Positions 13,908-25,634 of a DNA stretch of 64,000 nucleotides are shown here, piece by piece. Below the pieces are notes generated by a model. The model was not told where the DNA came from, made no database searches, and saw nothing but the letters and a program-made list of their open reading frames with translations. The number at the start of each line of letters is the position of its first letter. The first letter of the stretch is position 1. The DNA lies in NCBI RefSeq assembly GCF_004010195.1, contig NC_057718.1, positions 73,492,234 through 73,556,233 on the forward strand. Reading direction: 5' to 3'. This DNA is from Chiloscyllium plagiosum. Taxonomy: Eukaryota. The position numbers and the translations under genes were made by a program.

Positions 13908-14015
13908 CACAGTGGTAGATTCGCTGTCTCTGAGCCAGAAGGCCTGGGTTCAAGTCTCATCTGCTCTATAGATGTGAAATAACATCTTTGAACAGGTTGA
14001 TGAGAAAATGTCTAT
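13908..14015 (+). mobile_element. Short (~115 bp) tRNA-derived SINE-like repeat (other copies 47460-47560 minus, 54655-54768 plus)
   Basis: Shared GTGGTAG..CTCTGAGCCAG..GTTCAAGTC..CTCCAGAGGTGTGTAATAACATCTCTGAACAGGTTGATTAGAAAAT-like sequence in three places. Confidence 0.7.
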
Positions 14016-14089
14016 AAATCTGTAGGGGTGTTTGTGGCACAGTGGGAGTGAGAAGGCTGGACTATGGGAAGGGGACTGTGGTCATCGCA

Positions 14090-14460
14090 TCATAGAGATC
14101 CAAAGCATAGAGAAAAACCTGTCAGCCTATCACATTTGTGTTGAATAAAAACAACCACCTAACTATTCTAGTCCCATTTTACATTAATTGGCCCATAGCT
14201 TTGACATTGCAAGTGCACATCTAAATACTTTTTAAATGTTAGAAGGGTTTCTGTCTCCATTACCCTTATAAGCCTGAGTTACAGACTCCCCCCACCCTCT
14301 GGGTTAATAAAAGCTTTTCCTCACATCCTCTCTAAACCTTCTGTCCCTTGACTTAAATCTATGCCCCATGGTAATTGATCCCTCCATCAAGGGTAAAGGT
14401 TTCTTCCTGACTACTCTATCTATCCCCCTCATAATTTTATACATTTCAAGTATAAGTCCT
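14090..14460 (-). mobile_element. CR1 LINE 3' end fragment
   Basis: Minus ORF LILEMYKIMRGIDRV...GHRFKSRDRRFREDVRKSF. Confidence 0.8.
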
Positions 14461-14879
14461 TCAGCAACTTGGAAGTAGGATGTGGGTTGCTGTGAATTCT
14501 GAAGGTGTGTACGGCTGGAGGCTACTGGTGTCCTCAATGAACAAAGTGATGATGGAAGCTACAGTTCCCATTGCAGGTGGCAGAATAGTGCAAAGAACCA
14601 TTTTTTCTGTCGTATACAAGGGAATGCAGGCATCCTTGTGCGCTGCTGGTTCTGCTGTATTTCCATCAATTGCATATCACTTGGTCCTGTAAGGAAGAGA
14701 GCAGAATGTCAATGGTCATATTTTGGTGATATTTCTGTCATAGCCAGGAACTATTTGTCAGACGATGTGAGAGGTTGGTGATGTGGTAAATAGGGGATGT
14801 CATATGAAGAAGCATTCACTTAACCTGTGTGATGTCACTAGACCTTTTGCATCACTGCTATCAAGCATTGTGCCCAGAA

Positions 14880-17130
14880 TCTAAGAGTTGACATTATACC
14901 CACTAACAGCTCTATGGAAGATAAAATTATCCTCCTTGGAGACTTCAATAACAGGGTTGAAAATGTCGCCCAACTCTGGAAAGGAATCATTACAAAGGAA
15001 GGACTCAGAGATTGCAACATGGATTCTCCTGCTCACCAAATGTGTGGATCATCAACACATTTTTTTTCTGCCAAAACAGCAAAATAAAAGACCTTTTCGT
15101 GGCATCCATGCTCAAATCTCTGGCACATGATCAACCACATGATTGTCATTGTTTGATCTCGAGACATAAAGGATGTACTCATTATCAAAGTGATGACGGG
15201 TGCAGACAATTGTTAGACAGATCCTAGGTTCATCCACTTCTCAATGCTCATCAAATGCCATTAGAAGCAGTTGGAGCCAAAGAAACCATTCAGGAAAATG
15301 TTCAACCTTGAACAGCTTCAAGAGCAAAGCTGACTAGCAAACCTCCAGCAATGCCTTCATCAATATCTCCAAAGGGTTAATTTTGATAGACTGGAGGAAA
15401 TCTGGAAAAAGCTGAAGACAGCCATCGTCTCAAGCTGTGAAGAAACCATTCACTACAAGAACAAAAAATTGAAGACTGGTTTGATGACAATGACCACGAC
15501 ATCCAGGACCTCTTCGACAAGAAAAGGAATGCTCTCCCTACCTTGAAAAACATCGCCAGTGAGACAAAGATGAGGACTCATCAAATAGAAAAGACAACAC
15601 TATAAAGGAGAATTGGGGAAATCAAGAACCACTGGTAGACTGAGAAAGTAAGGAGCCACAGCTCAACCCAGTGCAGAGTAAGAATGGCATCCTTTTGAGA
15701 GACAGAGAAAACATGAGCCTCTGATGGAGACAGCACTTCAAAGAACTCCAATACTGTGATACAATCATCAATGAGGACATTTTTCAGGAAACCAACCCCA
15801 CCCCCCACAACTCCCCATCAAAAGTGATCTTAGAATCCCACCTGTGAGGCAGAAATTGAAACCTCCATTAGACAAATGAATAATGGAAAAGCTAGAGGAG
15901 TCAATGGGATTCCAGTGGAGATTTTCAAACTTAGAGGAGCAAAGCTTAACCTTCACCTCCATCAACTTTTCCTGAACATCTGGGACAAAGAAGAAATCCG
16001 TGCCACTTTTATGGAAGCTGCCATTGCCACTGTCCTTAAGAGATGAGTCAAATTGGACTATGGGAACTACCAAGGAATCGCTCCATCCTCTATTGTCAGG
16101 AAGCTTATCACCCAAATCTTTGCTAGGCACCCTTTCTCAGTCTCTGAAGAAATCCTTCCTGAAAGTCAGTGTAGCTTCCAAACAAACCATGGAACTATGG
16201 ACATGATGCTTACTACTTGGCAACTCCAAGAGAAATGCCAGGTACAACAATGACCAGTCTACATGGCATTCATCAACCTGACCAAAGGCTTTTGTCTCAG
16301 TCAGTTGGAAAGTGCTATGGAAGGCCAGCTTGTAATGGGCCCAACTTGCCTCCAGCGCAGTCTCCATAAATCTACACTGTTATGGACTAGGCCAGACCAC
16401 TCAAAACCTTCTTAAGCAGGCAGCTCATATCACAACTTTGCAATTTGTTTTGGTAAGTGTACAGTGAAAATTATCCGGATTAAGTTAGCAAGATTCACTA
16501 CCAGGTTTAAAATAGACAAAAAATGTATTCACAAAATTACACAATGAAACATGAGGAACAGAATAAAGAATCCCTACAGAACTCAGTCTACCCAAGCTAG
16601 GCTTAATTATGCTGTTCCGACTATACACAACAGTCCCAATAAGCAAACTCCCTTTAAAACCCAGTATAAATGGAACACATGCTTACAGAAAGAGAGAGAG
16701 AGAGAGTTTCCACACAGCTCACTGTTGAACTCTCAACCAGTTCAGGATTGAATTAAAATGCTCATTGACAGAGCTGATCACTCCCCTTACATTATACAAG
16801 TCACTTCTAAAACATGACCACTTTGGCCTGAAGTCCCATCCGTTTAATATAAACAAAAGGCCTCTCAAAATTCTTGTCATCTCTGTACAAACCAGACTAA
16901 TCGAACCAAGAGCGGTTTATTACTCCCCTGAAAGAAACCAAGGACATAGTATCCATGAGAAAAGGAACAGCTTTTAGAAAAAAGAAGCCAACTTTGAGAC
17001 AACTGGAAGCAGATGCCGCCTTGAAAACAAACTCGTCTCTGTTGTAGCAGCCATGAGTGGGCACGAGGACCTCCTCATCGAAGCAGATGTCACTGGGAAC
17101 CCAAACCTGCCTCTGATGGCACTGCCACGA
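14880..17130 (+). mobile_element. Decayed RTE-clade LINE (endonuclease plus partial RT), split by an LTR
   Basis: DKIILLGDFNNRV (APE endonuclease), GKARGVNGIPVEIFK, GNYQGI, ILPESQCSFQ..GTMDM..QLQEKC, YMAFINLTKGF; C-terminal QLEADAA after the LTR. Confidence 0.8.
16378..17001. repeat. Probable solo LTR inserted in RTE
   Basis: Begins TGTTATG, ends TTTGAGACA; non-coding; interrupts RTE-like sequence. Confidence 0.6.
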
Positions 17131-18402
17131 GTCCACGCTGCTGGACCCACTCACTGCTGCCATTGTCAACACTGATACCAAGCTCTTCAACAAGAGCTAA
17201 ATAAACTAAAAAAGAAAGAAAGCAAAAAAATGAGATTTGGCAATTTAAATTGGGCATTAATTGCCCACCTAAATTCCTCAAATCATTCCTATCTGGAAAG
17301 GTAGCCACACCATTCAGCTCAATGAAATGTCCCCCAGCTTCCAAACCCACTGCTGATGGGGCATTAGAATTTGACCAGTCATAGTAGAATTATAAAGGTG
17401 CATTGATATATAGATAAGCATGTGTTTACTTCCATCGGAATGAGTTTTGACATGTAAGAAATAAAGGCCCATATTCCCAACTTCAGGGCACATGAAATTC
17501 AAGCCTTGAGAGTTGAGGTACTTTACTGAAATATATAAACATCAAATGATTTAAATAGCACAATTCTTGAGTATTACTTCCAAAATAACTCGAGGCCATA
17601 ACTACAAGTTCACAAAAAAAGTATAGAACAGTTACCCCTGGGTGCATCATAAATGGAGTAAAAGTGTCTGCAATAATCTGCCAGTCACGTAGGGGGCTAC
17701 TGACTTTACTGTCATTCAGATTGTAACTTGGTAGAATGCTGAAATACTACACAATGTGACCTGATTTGCTGAATTGACTTTTATTGTTCTTGAGTCCTTT
17801 ACGTAATCTTTCATTCTTGTCACAGTATCTAATTTTGACACAGGAACACAGATATAGCTGCATAATGAAAACTGACTGCATGTGTAGAGCTACCTCATTA
17901 CTCAAATTGACAAGAAATATGACCCAGAGGAAACTGAACAGTAATAGCCTGACATCAGTAATTTCAATTGGAAGGTTTTCTTAATGATAGGATGAAAAAG
18001 GTATTAAACATTCAACAGCTGAAATGAATTAGAGCTCATTTCTCATGTGACCAAACAGTCTCTATCCCATGGAAGCCAAATGAGAAACATTTCATTGAAA
18101 TTGAATTTTGAAATTGTGTCATTTACCTAGTGTTAACTCAATATTGTTGACACTCCAATAGTTGGAATATCGTACTTTTGTTTAAAAACCTGGAGATAAA
18201 GGAGTGCTGATGTTAATGGAATAAGATTGACTGAACGATATTGCACCACCTAAAACCATTGTTTTGGATTTTGCATTCAGTGGTGAATGAATGGAACTAG
18301 TTGTTCAAACTTAATTACATATTAACATATAAACTTGCCTACAAACTTACTGTGGGCATGTTCATTAAGACTTGTGGTGCGGTCAAAAAAGTGCTGCACA
18401 GT

Positions 18403-18740
18403 GGGGCAACACAGTGGCTCAGTGGTTAGCACTGTTGCCTCACAGTGCCAGGGACCCGGGGTTGATTCCAGCCTTGGGCAACTGCCTGTGTGCAGTTTGC
18501 ACATTCTCCCCATGTCTGGGTAGGCTTCCTCTGGGTGCTCTGGTTTCCTCCCACAATCCAAAGATATGCAGGTTAGGTGAATTGGCTGTACTATAATGTT
18601 CTAGTGTCCATAGTGTTCAGGGATGTGTAGGTTAGGTGCAGTAGTCAGGAGTAAATATAGGGTAGAGTAATGGGCCTGAGTAATGGACTCTTCGGGGGTC
18701 AGTGTAGACTTCTTGGGTTTCCACACAATAGGGATTCTAA
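18403..18740 (+). mobile_element. HE1-like SINE
   Basis: A/B boxes and HE1 core. Confidence 0.88.
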
Positions 18741-18981
18741 GTTCACAAGGAAATTGAAACCTGTGTGAATAGACAAACAACAGTTTTGTCTCCTTACATA
18801 CTCAGATGGACGAATTCACCTCATGGCATGCAGGGGAAATTTTAACCTGCTGCAGTGCATTGGTTTGGTTGCAAGTGGAGTTCAAAAATGCAACTGCTTG
18901 GGAAGTCAGCATTGCATTAATTGTGCATGACCCCCCTGGACACAAATTGCCTGTTGATGTTTGGTAATTACTGAATTGGAG

Positions 18982-19189
18982 CTGAAAATGTGTTGCTGGA
19001 AAAGCACAGCAGGTCAGGCAGCATCCAAGGAGCAGGAGAATCGTTGTTTTGGGCATGAGCCCATCTTCAGGCTCATGCCCGAAATGTCGATTCTCCTGCT
19101 CCTTGGATGCTGCCTGACCTGCTGTGCTTCCAGCAACACATTTTCAGCTCTGATCTCCAGCATCTGCAGTCCTCACTTTCTCCTTGAAG
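18982..19189. mobile_element. Penelope-derived fold-back insertion with 16-bp TSD
   Basis: ~80-bp inverted arms around 19065; AATTACTGAATTGGAG at 18966-18981 and 19190-19205; same sequence as the 3' end of the Penelope fragment at 41660-41790. Confidence 0.85.
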
Positions 19190-19209
19190 AATTACTGAAT
19201 TGGAGTACA

Positions 19210-21976
19210 GTACACCAACTGTTCTGCATCCGACTGCGGCAGGCATCTCAGTGTGAGTTCAGAGGCTGCTGGGTCCCTGTTTTCACGGAAACATGGCTTA
19301 GCGACAGAGTTCCAGACACTGCCATCCAGCCAGGCGGGCCCACCTTGTTTTGCACTGACAGAAATGCAGCTCTGTGCGATAAGGCTTGGTGTGAGGTTCT
19401 GTGTGTCTACATCAACACAAAATAGTGCAAAGACTCTGAGATAGTCTCCAGTTACTGCTCATCACTGGTGGAGTTTGTGACTGTTAGGTGCAGATCATTT
19501 TATTTGCCACAGGAATTCACCGTCGTCTTTCTAGTTGGGGTATATATTCTTCCCAGTGCTAATGCTAACGAAGCACTCTGTGAACTGTATAGGGCTATTA
19601 GTGGACGGCAGAACACACACCAAGATGGATTGTTTATTGTTGGTGGAGATTTCAACCATACGAATCTCAAGACTGTGCTTCCTAAATTCCATCAGCATAT
19701 GGACTTTGAGACGAGAGGGGAGAAAATGCTAGATCTGGTTTATACAAACATCCCCAACACAAACAGGTCAGAACCCTTGCCCCACTTCGGCTCCTCAGAC
19801 TACATCTCTGTTATGCTAACTCCAGCACACACACTGCTCATCAGATGTGTCAATCCAGTTCAGAAGCAGATGAAAACCTGGCCACCAGGAGTCATTTCCG
19901 CTTTTCAAGACTGTTTGAAGCATGCTGACTGGCATGTGTTCAGGGAGGTGGCAACCGAAGTCAATTCCATTAGCTTAGAGGTGTACACAGTGTCATTGAT
20001 TTGCTGTGTATTGATGACATCACTGTGTCCAAGACCATCACTTCTCGCCCCAACCAGAAGCTGTGGATGACCACAAAGGTGTGTGCGCTGCTGAGGACCC
20101 GTGATTCTACCTTCAGAGCAGATGACAAGGCAACCCTAACAACAACGAGTGCCAACCTGACCAGGGCCATCAAAGAGGCAAAGTGTGCACACACACAGAG
20201 AATACGCAGCCACCTTCAGAACAGTGGCGATACGCGGAGCATGTGGGGGGGCATCCAGGCCATCACCATCCACAGAACAACATCGCCTACTTCTGCTGGT
20301 GATGCCACTCTCCCGGATGAGTTGAATGACTTTTATACACGGTTTGAGGCACGAAATGACATGGATGAGAGAATGTCCACCACCTCCCACCCTCCAATTA
20401 CCAGGTGCTGTGTCTTACCATGGCCAACGTAAGGAAAATCCGATGCAGAGTCAACCTACGTAAGGCTGCTGGACCAGATAACATCCCTGGCAGTGTGGTC
20501 AGAGGATGCTCTCACAGACATCTTCAACATTTCCCTGAGTTGCGCCATAGTCTCAACATGCTTCAAGGCTGCTACCATAGTCCCCGTGCCGAAAAAGTCT
20601 TCAGCATCCTGTCTCAACAACTACCACCCTGTTGTGCTTACAGGTATCACCATGAAGTGTTTCAAGAGCCTCATGACCTTGCTGCACCCTCACTGGACAC
20701 TCTGCAGTTCATATATTATCCCAACTGCTCAACTGATGATGCCATTTCTACCACCCTCCATCTGGCCCTCACCCACCTGGAGAAGGAGGACACCTACGTC
20801 AGATTACTGTTCATAGACTTCAGTTCTGCATTTAACACTATCATTCCTCAGCACCTGACTGGAAAGCTATGTCTGCTGGGCCTAAATACCTCCTTTTGTA
20901 ACTGGATCCTGGACTTCCTGACTGGGAGACCTCAGTCAGTCCGGATTGGGAACAACATCTCCAACACCATCACACTGAGTACAAGGGACCCCAGGGCTGT
21001 GTGTTCAGTTCTCTGCTGTTTACCCTGCTGACACACAACTGTGCAGCAATGCACAGGTCGAGTCACATCATCAAGTTCGCTGATGACACAACTGTAGCGG
21101 GTCTCATCAGCACAAACAGTGAGTCAGTATACAGAGAGGAGGTGTAGCGGCTAACGGACTGGCTCAGAGCCAACAACCTGTCTCTGAACATAGACAAAAT
21201 GAAAGAGACTGTTTCTGACTTCAGGAGGGCATGGAGTGACCACTCTCCGCTGCACATTGACAACTCCCCTGTGAAGATCGTAAGAAGCAGCAAATTTCTT
21301 GGCTTATACCTGGCAAAGAATCATGCCCTCATCAACAGCTCTATAGCCAAGAAAACCCAGCAGCATCTCTAGTTTCTGTGCAGGCTGAGGAAAGCCCTCT
21401 TCCCAACCCCCATCCTCACCACATTCTACAGAGGGTTCATTGAGAGTACCCTGAGCTGCTGCATCATTGCGTAGTTTGGGAATTGCACTGTCTCAGATCG
21501 TAAGACCCTACAACGGATAGTGAGGACAGCTGAGAAGATCATCAGGGTTTCTTGTCCCTGCATTATAGACATTTACACCACACGCTGCATCTGAAAGGCT
21601 AACAGCATTATGGAAGACCCCACACATTCCTCACTCAAACTCTTCTCCCTCCTGCCATCCAGCAGAAGATACCGGCCATGAAACTGTGCAACAGTTTCTT
21701 CCCCCAGGCCATCAAGCTCCTTAACACAGTATGAACAGACTCTTTCCAGTTGAAATTTTTTGCATGACTTTGAATTGCTGCTAGAACAATATCTATTCAC
21801 TATCATTCTTTTATTACACTGTAATTTGCATGTTTTGCACTTATGCACGCTTGTATGATACTGTAGCTTGTGATGTCCATTTAGCACCTTGGTCCTGGAG
21901 GAACGCTGTCTCGTTTTTTACAGTATCAGTTGTATATGGTAGAAAGGACAAATAAAATCTACTCTATCTACTCTAC
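19210..21976 (+). mobile_element. Rex1/Babar-clade LINE, near-complete ORF2 pseudogene
   Basis: VFTETWL, VYILPSANA, GGDFNH, LDLVYTN, GSSD (APE endonuclease); [36 protein letters not shown] (RT); 3' AATAAA plus (TCTAC)n tail. Confidence 0.93.
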
Positions 21977-22199
21977 AGTGGCACCAGAAATAGTATTTTG
22001 CAGGAAAGAAACAAAAGCTGATTTGCCATTCCCAGATTTGAATTTTAGTGTTTACAGAATTAAAGCAAGAAAATATGAAATGCAATAATTTAGTAAACTA
22101 GAGCTAAAAATTGAGGATCACACTGTCTTGGTCTTCTACTCAAATCTGAATTAAACCTTTGCACGTGTATGCTATTAGTGCAAACTGCTGACTTTTATG

Positions 22200-22640
22200 T
22201 CTGTGACATTGCCTGGCTTTTCCTTTATTTAACCTTTCACCTGCTGAATTATTCAAATATTCCCTTGTCATCTTCAAACTTGATGACTGCAATCTTCTCT
22301 TGGCCAGTTTCCCACTATCCATTCTCCATGTACTTCAGCTGCAGATAATTTATCCTGCATCAAGTTGCTCTTCTTCATTTGTCCTGTTCTTTCTTACTTA
22401 CAATTGCCCCCAGTCCCCGAGCACTTCCAGTTTGAAGTTTATATTGTTAAACTGTGGAAGTCCATGACCAAAGCCCTCTCACACTGTGAATTCTTGCCAT
22501 CACTTTTCATTCCCTTCCCCGATATTCAATTCGGCATTCCTCTTATTCTAACTTATTAAAGTGTCTCCATAGCACTTTATTTTTGACCGTTTAGGCCACA
22601 CACTATTAACTTCCTCCCTCTTCATGTCTCTCTCTCTCTC
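22200..22640 (+). mobile_element. Old L2-clade LINE 3' fragment
   Basis: LVIFKLDDCNLLLASFPLSILHVLQL...PVLSYLQLPPVPEHFQF resembles the L2 C-terminus (RLDYCNSLLAGLP...PVL..LHWLPV..RI.FK). Confidence 0.65.
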
Positions 22641-23645
22641 CTTAAACTCTGAGTCTTCCTGATATTGTTGTTGTATCTGAGAACCATAATTTAAAGAAAA
22701 GTCAACCTTCATGTTGAAAGGATGCAACAATATGTTAATATCAGCAGTAATACTTGTGGGCTGTGGTAGCCCCAGCTTGAGTTATCATCTCTAATGCATC
22801 TGTTAATATAAGGGTATGTTGCATCCTGTGCTGTCAGTGGGGAACAAGTCTGCTCACTGTAGCAAAATTGAGAGTATATTTTGGAATATCACAATACAAA
22901 AGAGCAATTGGTTCCCTAGACTATTTAAACACTTAATTGACAGTGACTCATTTTTCTAGACTATCTTTGCTTTGGTTCACTCATTGCAGCATAATATCAA
23001 CTAATTGATTCTGTAAATGGACAAGGCCACAGCTGTAAATCCACAATGCAAACATTTGAAAGGTGCTTCCAAGGATTACCACCACCATGAAAACTGGGTT
23101 AATCGGAAAGAAAGGGTGGATTCATCCAAGTTTGACAAGTATCTCACCTGTTGCCTGAGAAAGCAGGACTCCGGTGGGCCTCCCTCCAGACTGATACCAC
23201 CGCAGATTTGCTAGCTAATCAGAATTCCAGGGTCAAGAAGCAATCTAGGAAAAGTATTGTTGAGGAGGGGCATCTTTTGGGTGGGAGTTGGATGGGCCAT
23301 GGGGGCTAGAAGCAAGGGCAGAGTGTAGTTTCAGTGTCCACTGTTCTATCATTGAAGCACAAATTAGTGAAGACCATAGGATCATGCAGATTGAATGACT
23401 GCAGGTCATCTTGGGTCTGGGAACTTTGGAGTTGAGGTGGGAAAAGGCCCTTGATTGAACCTACTAGTTGAAGCAAGAAGGCTTTGGGTATCGGTCTGAT
23501 AACTACTCATCATATTTTCAAGGTCACCTTATTCTTCTTCATCTCTTGTTGGTCGAGAGGCTTCTATTCATGTCAGTCTTCACTTCCATAGTTGGGGGTT
23601 AACCCCATCGCAGGAGTTAAAATAATTTATTTTTTTACAAGGGCT

Positions 23646-24240
23646 TGTTACGAATCACAGATAGCTAGCCAGGCCAAATCAAACTCACTAACACTGGATT
23701 AACAATGTAGGAAAATCAAACATTTGATGACACTCAAAATTGCTCAATTATTCATAAACAGATTATATCAATAACAGATCTCAGACATCAACTTTAGCAG
23801 CTTAAACAAAAATTAACAATTTATTATTAACATTGTAACTTTAGCAGAGCAAAGTTAAACAACAAGGTAATCTAATGAATGTCTATGATTTAAACCCAAT
23901 CTTCTTTGATGGCAACCCCACACTCACACACAGACAGGCAGACTAATTAAGCATTAAATTGAGAAAGTGAAAGAGTTGTAAATTGCCAGCTTGACAATCG
24001 TTTGAACAATGAGTACTAGATCTTTTATTGCATCTTTAATCATGTGTTTTATTACAGGAATATGAGATTGTATCTTGATTGAATTCCAAATTACCTGATC
24101 AATACAGAAAACTTCCTACAGGCTCTGAGGAATATTCATTTATTTCTTATGAACTGGGACATATTTTGTGAGAGCATTCAACAATTCATAAACTGAGTAT
24201 AAAACCAGAGAGAGTAAAACTCAAAAGCATGTTTCCACTT
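23646..24240. repeat. LTR-like fragment related to 6199-7133
   Basis: Starts TGTTACGA; shares CCAAATCAA, TTTAGCAGAGC, AAACAACAAGG.AATCTA blocks with 6199-6510. Confidence 0.55.
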
Positions 24241-24249
24241 TCCTAATGG

Positions 24250-25632
24250 AGAGGTTAACTAGGGTGGTCACAAGAACTTCAAACTAATAAATGAGGTGGA
24301 GGCCTCAGGGAAGTCAATACCATTTCAAAAACAGGACAGAGAGTAAAGAGACAGTCAGGAATCCTACTTCATCAAAAGCATGTAATGGCAAAACTATAGG
24401 TATATTAATCAGAAGAGAGAAATTATAAACAGGTGAATAAAACAGAAGCCTTCCTGATTGGAAATAAAATGACTTTGGTGGTGAGAGAGGATATAATGAG
24501 GGGAAACATCCAGTAGGTACCTTATGAATAGAACTGAGGAACAGTAAAGGATCTAAAATTGTAATAGATGTTGTGTATTGAACTCCTGGTAACAGCTCTG
24601 AAGATTGTATCAAATACAAATTAGGCAAAAATGTAGCAAAGGCAGAGTCATATTAATAAAGGCTTTTAGTTTTAACATAGATTAGGAGAGGCAGAAAGGT
24701 AGTGAATTCCTGGGGTGTTGCCGAATAGAACTGAGGAACAGTAAAGGATCTAAAATTGTAATAGATGTTGTGTATTGAACTCCTGGTAACAGCTCTGAAG
24801 ATTGTATCAAATACAAATTAGGAAAAAATGTAGCAAAGGCAGAGTCATATTAATAAAGGCTTTTAGTTTTAACATAGATTAGGAGAGGAAGAAAGGTAGT
24901 GAATTCCTGGGGTGTTGCCTACAGCAATATGCCCTGGACGCAATAAGGGATATGCAAAATTGGAATGAGTAATGAGCCAGGTTTAATTACTAAGCTAATC
25001 GTGCATGAACATTTATCAAATAGCGATCATGACATGATTGAGTTCAGTGCAGCATCAGAAAGCAAAAAGCACGAATCAGCTACTAGAACTTAAGATTTTG
25101 GTAAGGCTGACTTTAATGAGATGAGACAGAGATTGTCCAGAATAACTGGAAAAAATGTGCCAATAGGTAAAACTGAAAATCTGCTGATGGGTAAAACAAC
25201 TAAAGAACAATAAAGGATGTCTCAAGAAATATTTAACAAAATACAAAACCAGTTTGTACCTCTAAGAGAGAAAAGCTCTACATGACAGAAAAAAACTGCC
25301 ATGGACAACTAAAGAGATAAGGGACAGCATAAAACTAAAAGGAAGGGCTTACAGAGATGCAGGAAAACTGCACAATCATGTTGGATGGGATAGATATAAC
25401 AATCAGCAAAGGACCACAAAACAGCTATCAGAGGTAGTAGAAGGGAGTATGAAAGGAAATGTGCCAGAGGCATCAAAATCAAGAAAAAGAAATGTTATTG
25501 TTACATAAAGAGAAAGCAGGTGGTCAGGAGCAAAGTTGGCCCACCAAAGACTGAAAGTGGCAGTAATGACAATGACTGTAATGAAATGGCAGTGATATTG
25601 AATAATTTCTTTACACCAGTATTTACAGTAGA
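24250..25632 (+). mobile_element. Old CR1 ORF2 endonuclease/linker fragment
   Basis: SDHDMIEF, KADFNEMRQRL, PWTTKEIRDSIKLK, FFTPVFTVE motifs. Confidence 0.75.
24526..24919. repeat. 197-bp tandem duplication (2 copies)
   Basis: 24526-24722 and 24723-24919 are identical apart from two substitutions I could see. Confidence 0.95.
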
Positions 25633-25634
25633 AA

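Noticed and set aside
24526..24919. CRISPR-like or prokaryotic repeat arrays
   Set aside because: Eukaryotic DNA; the repeats are simple duplications without a repeat-spacer pattern
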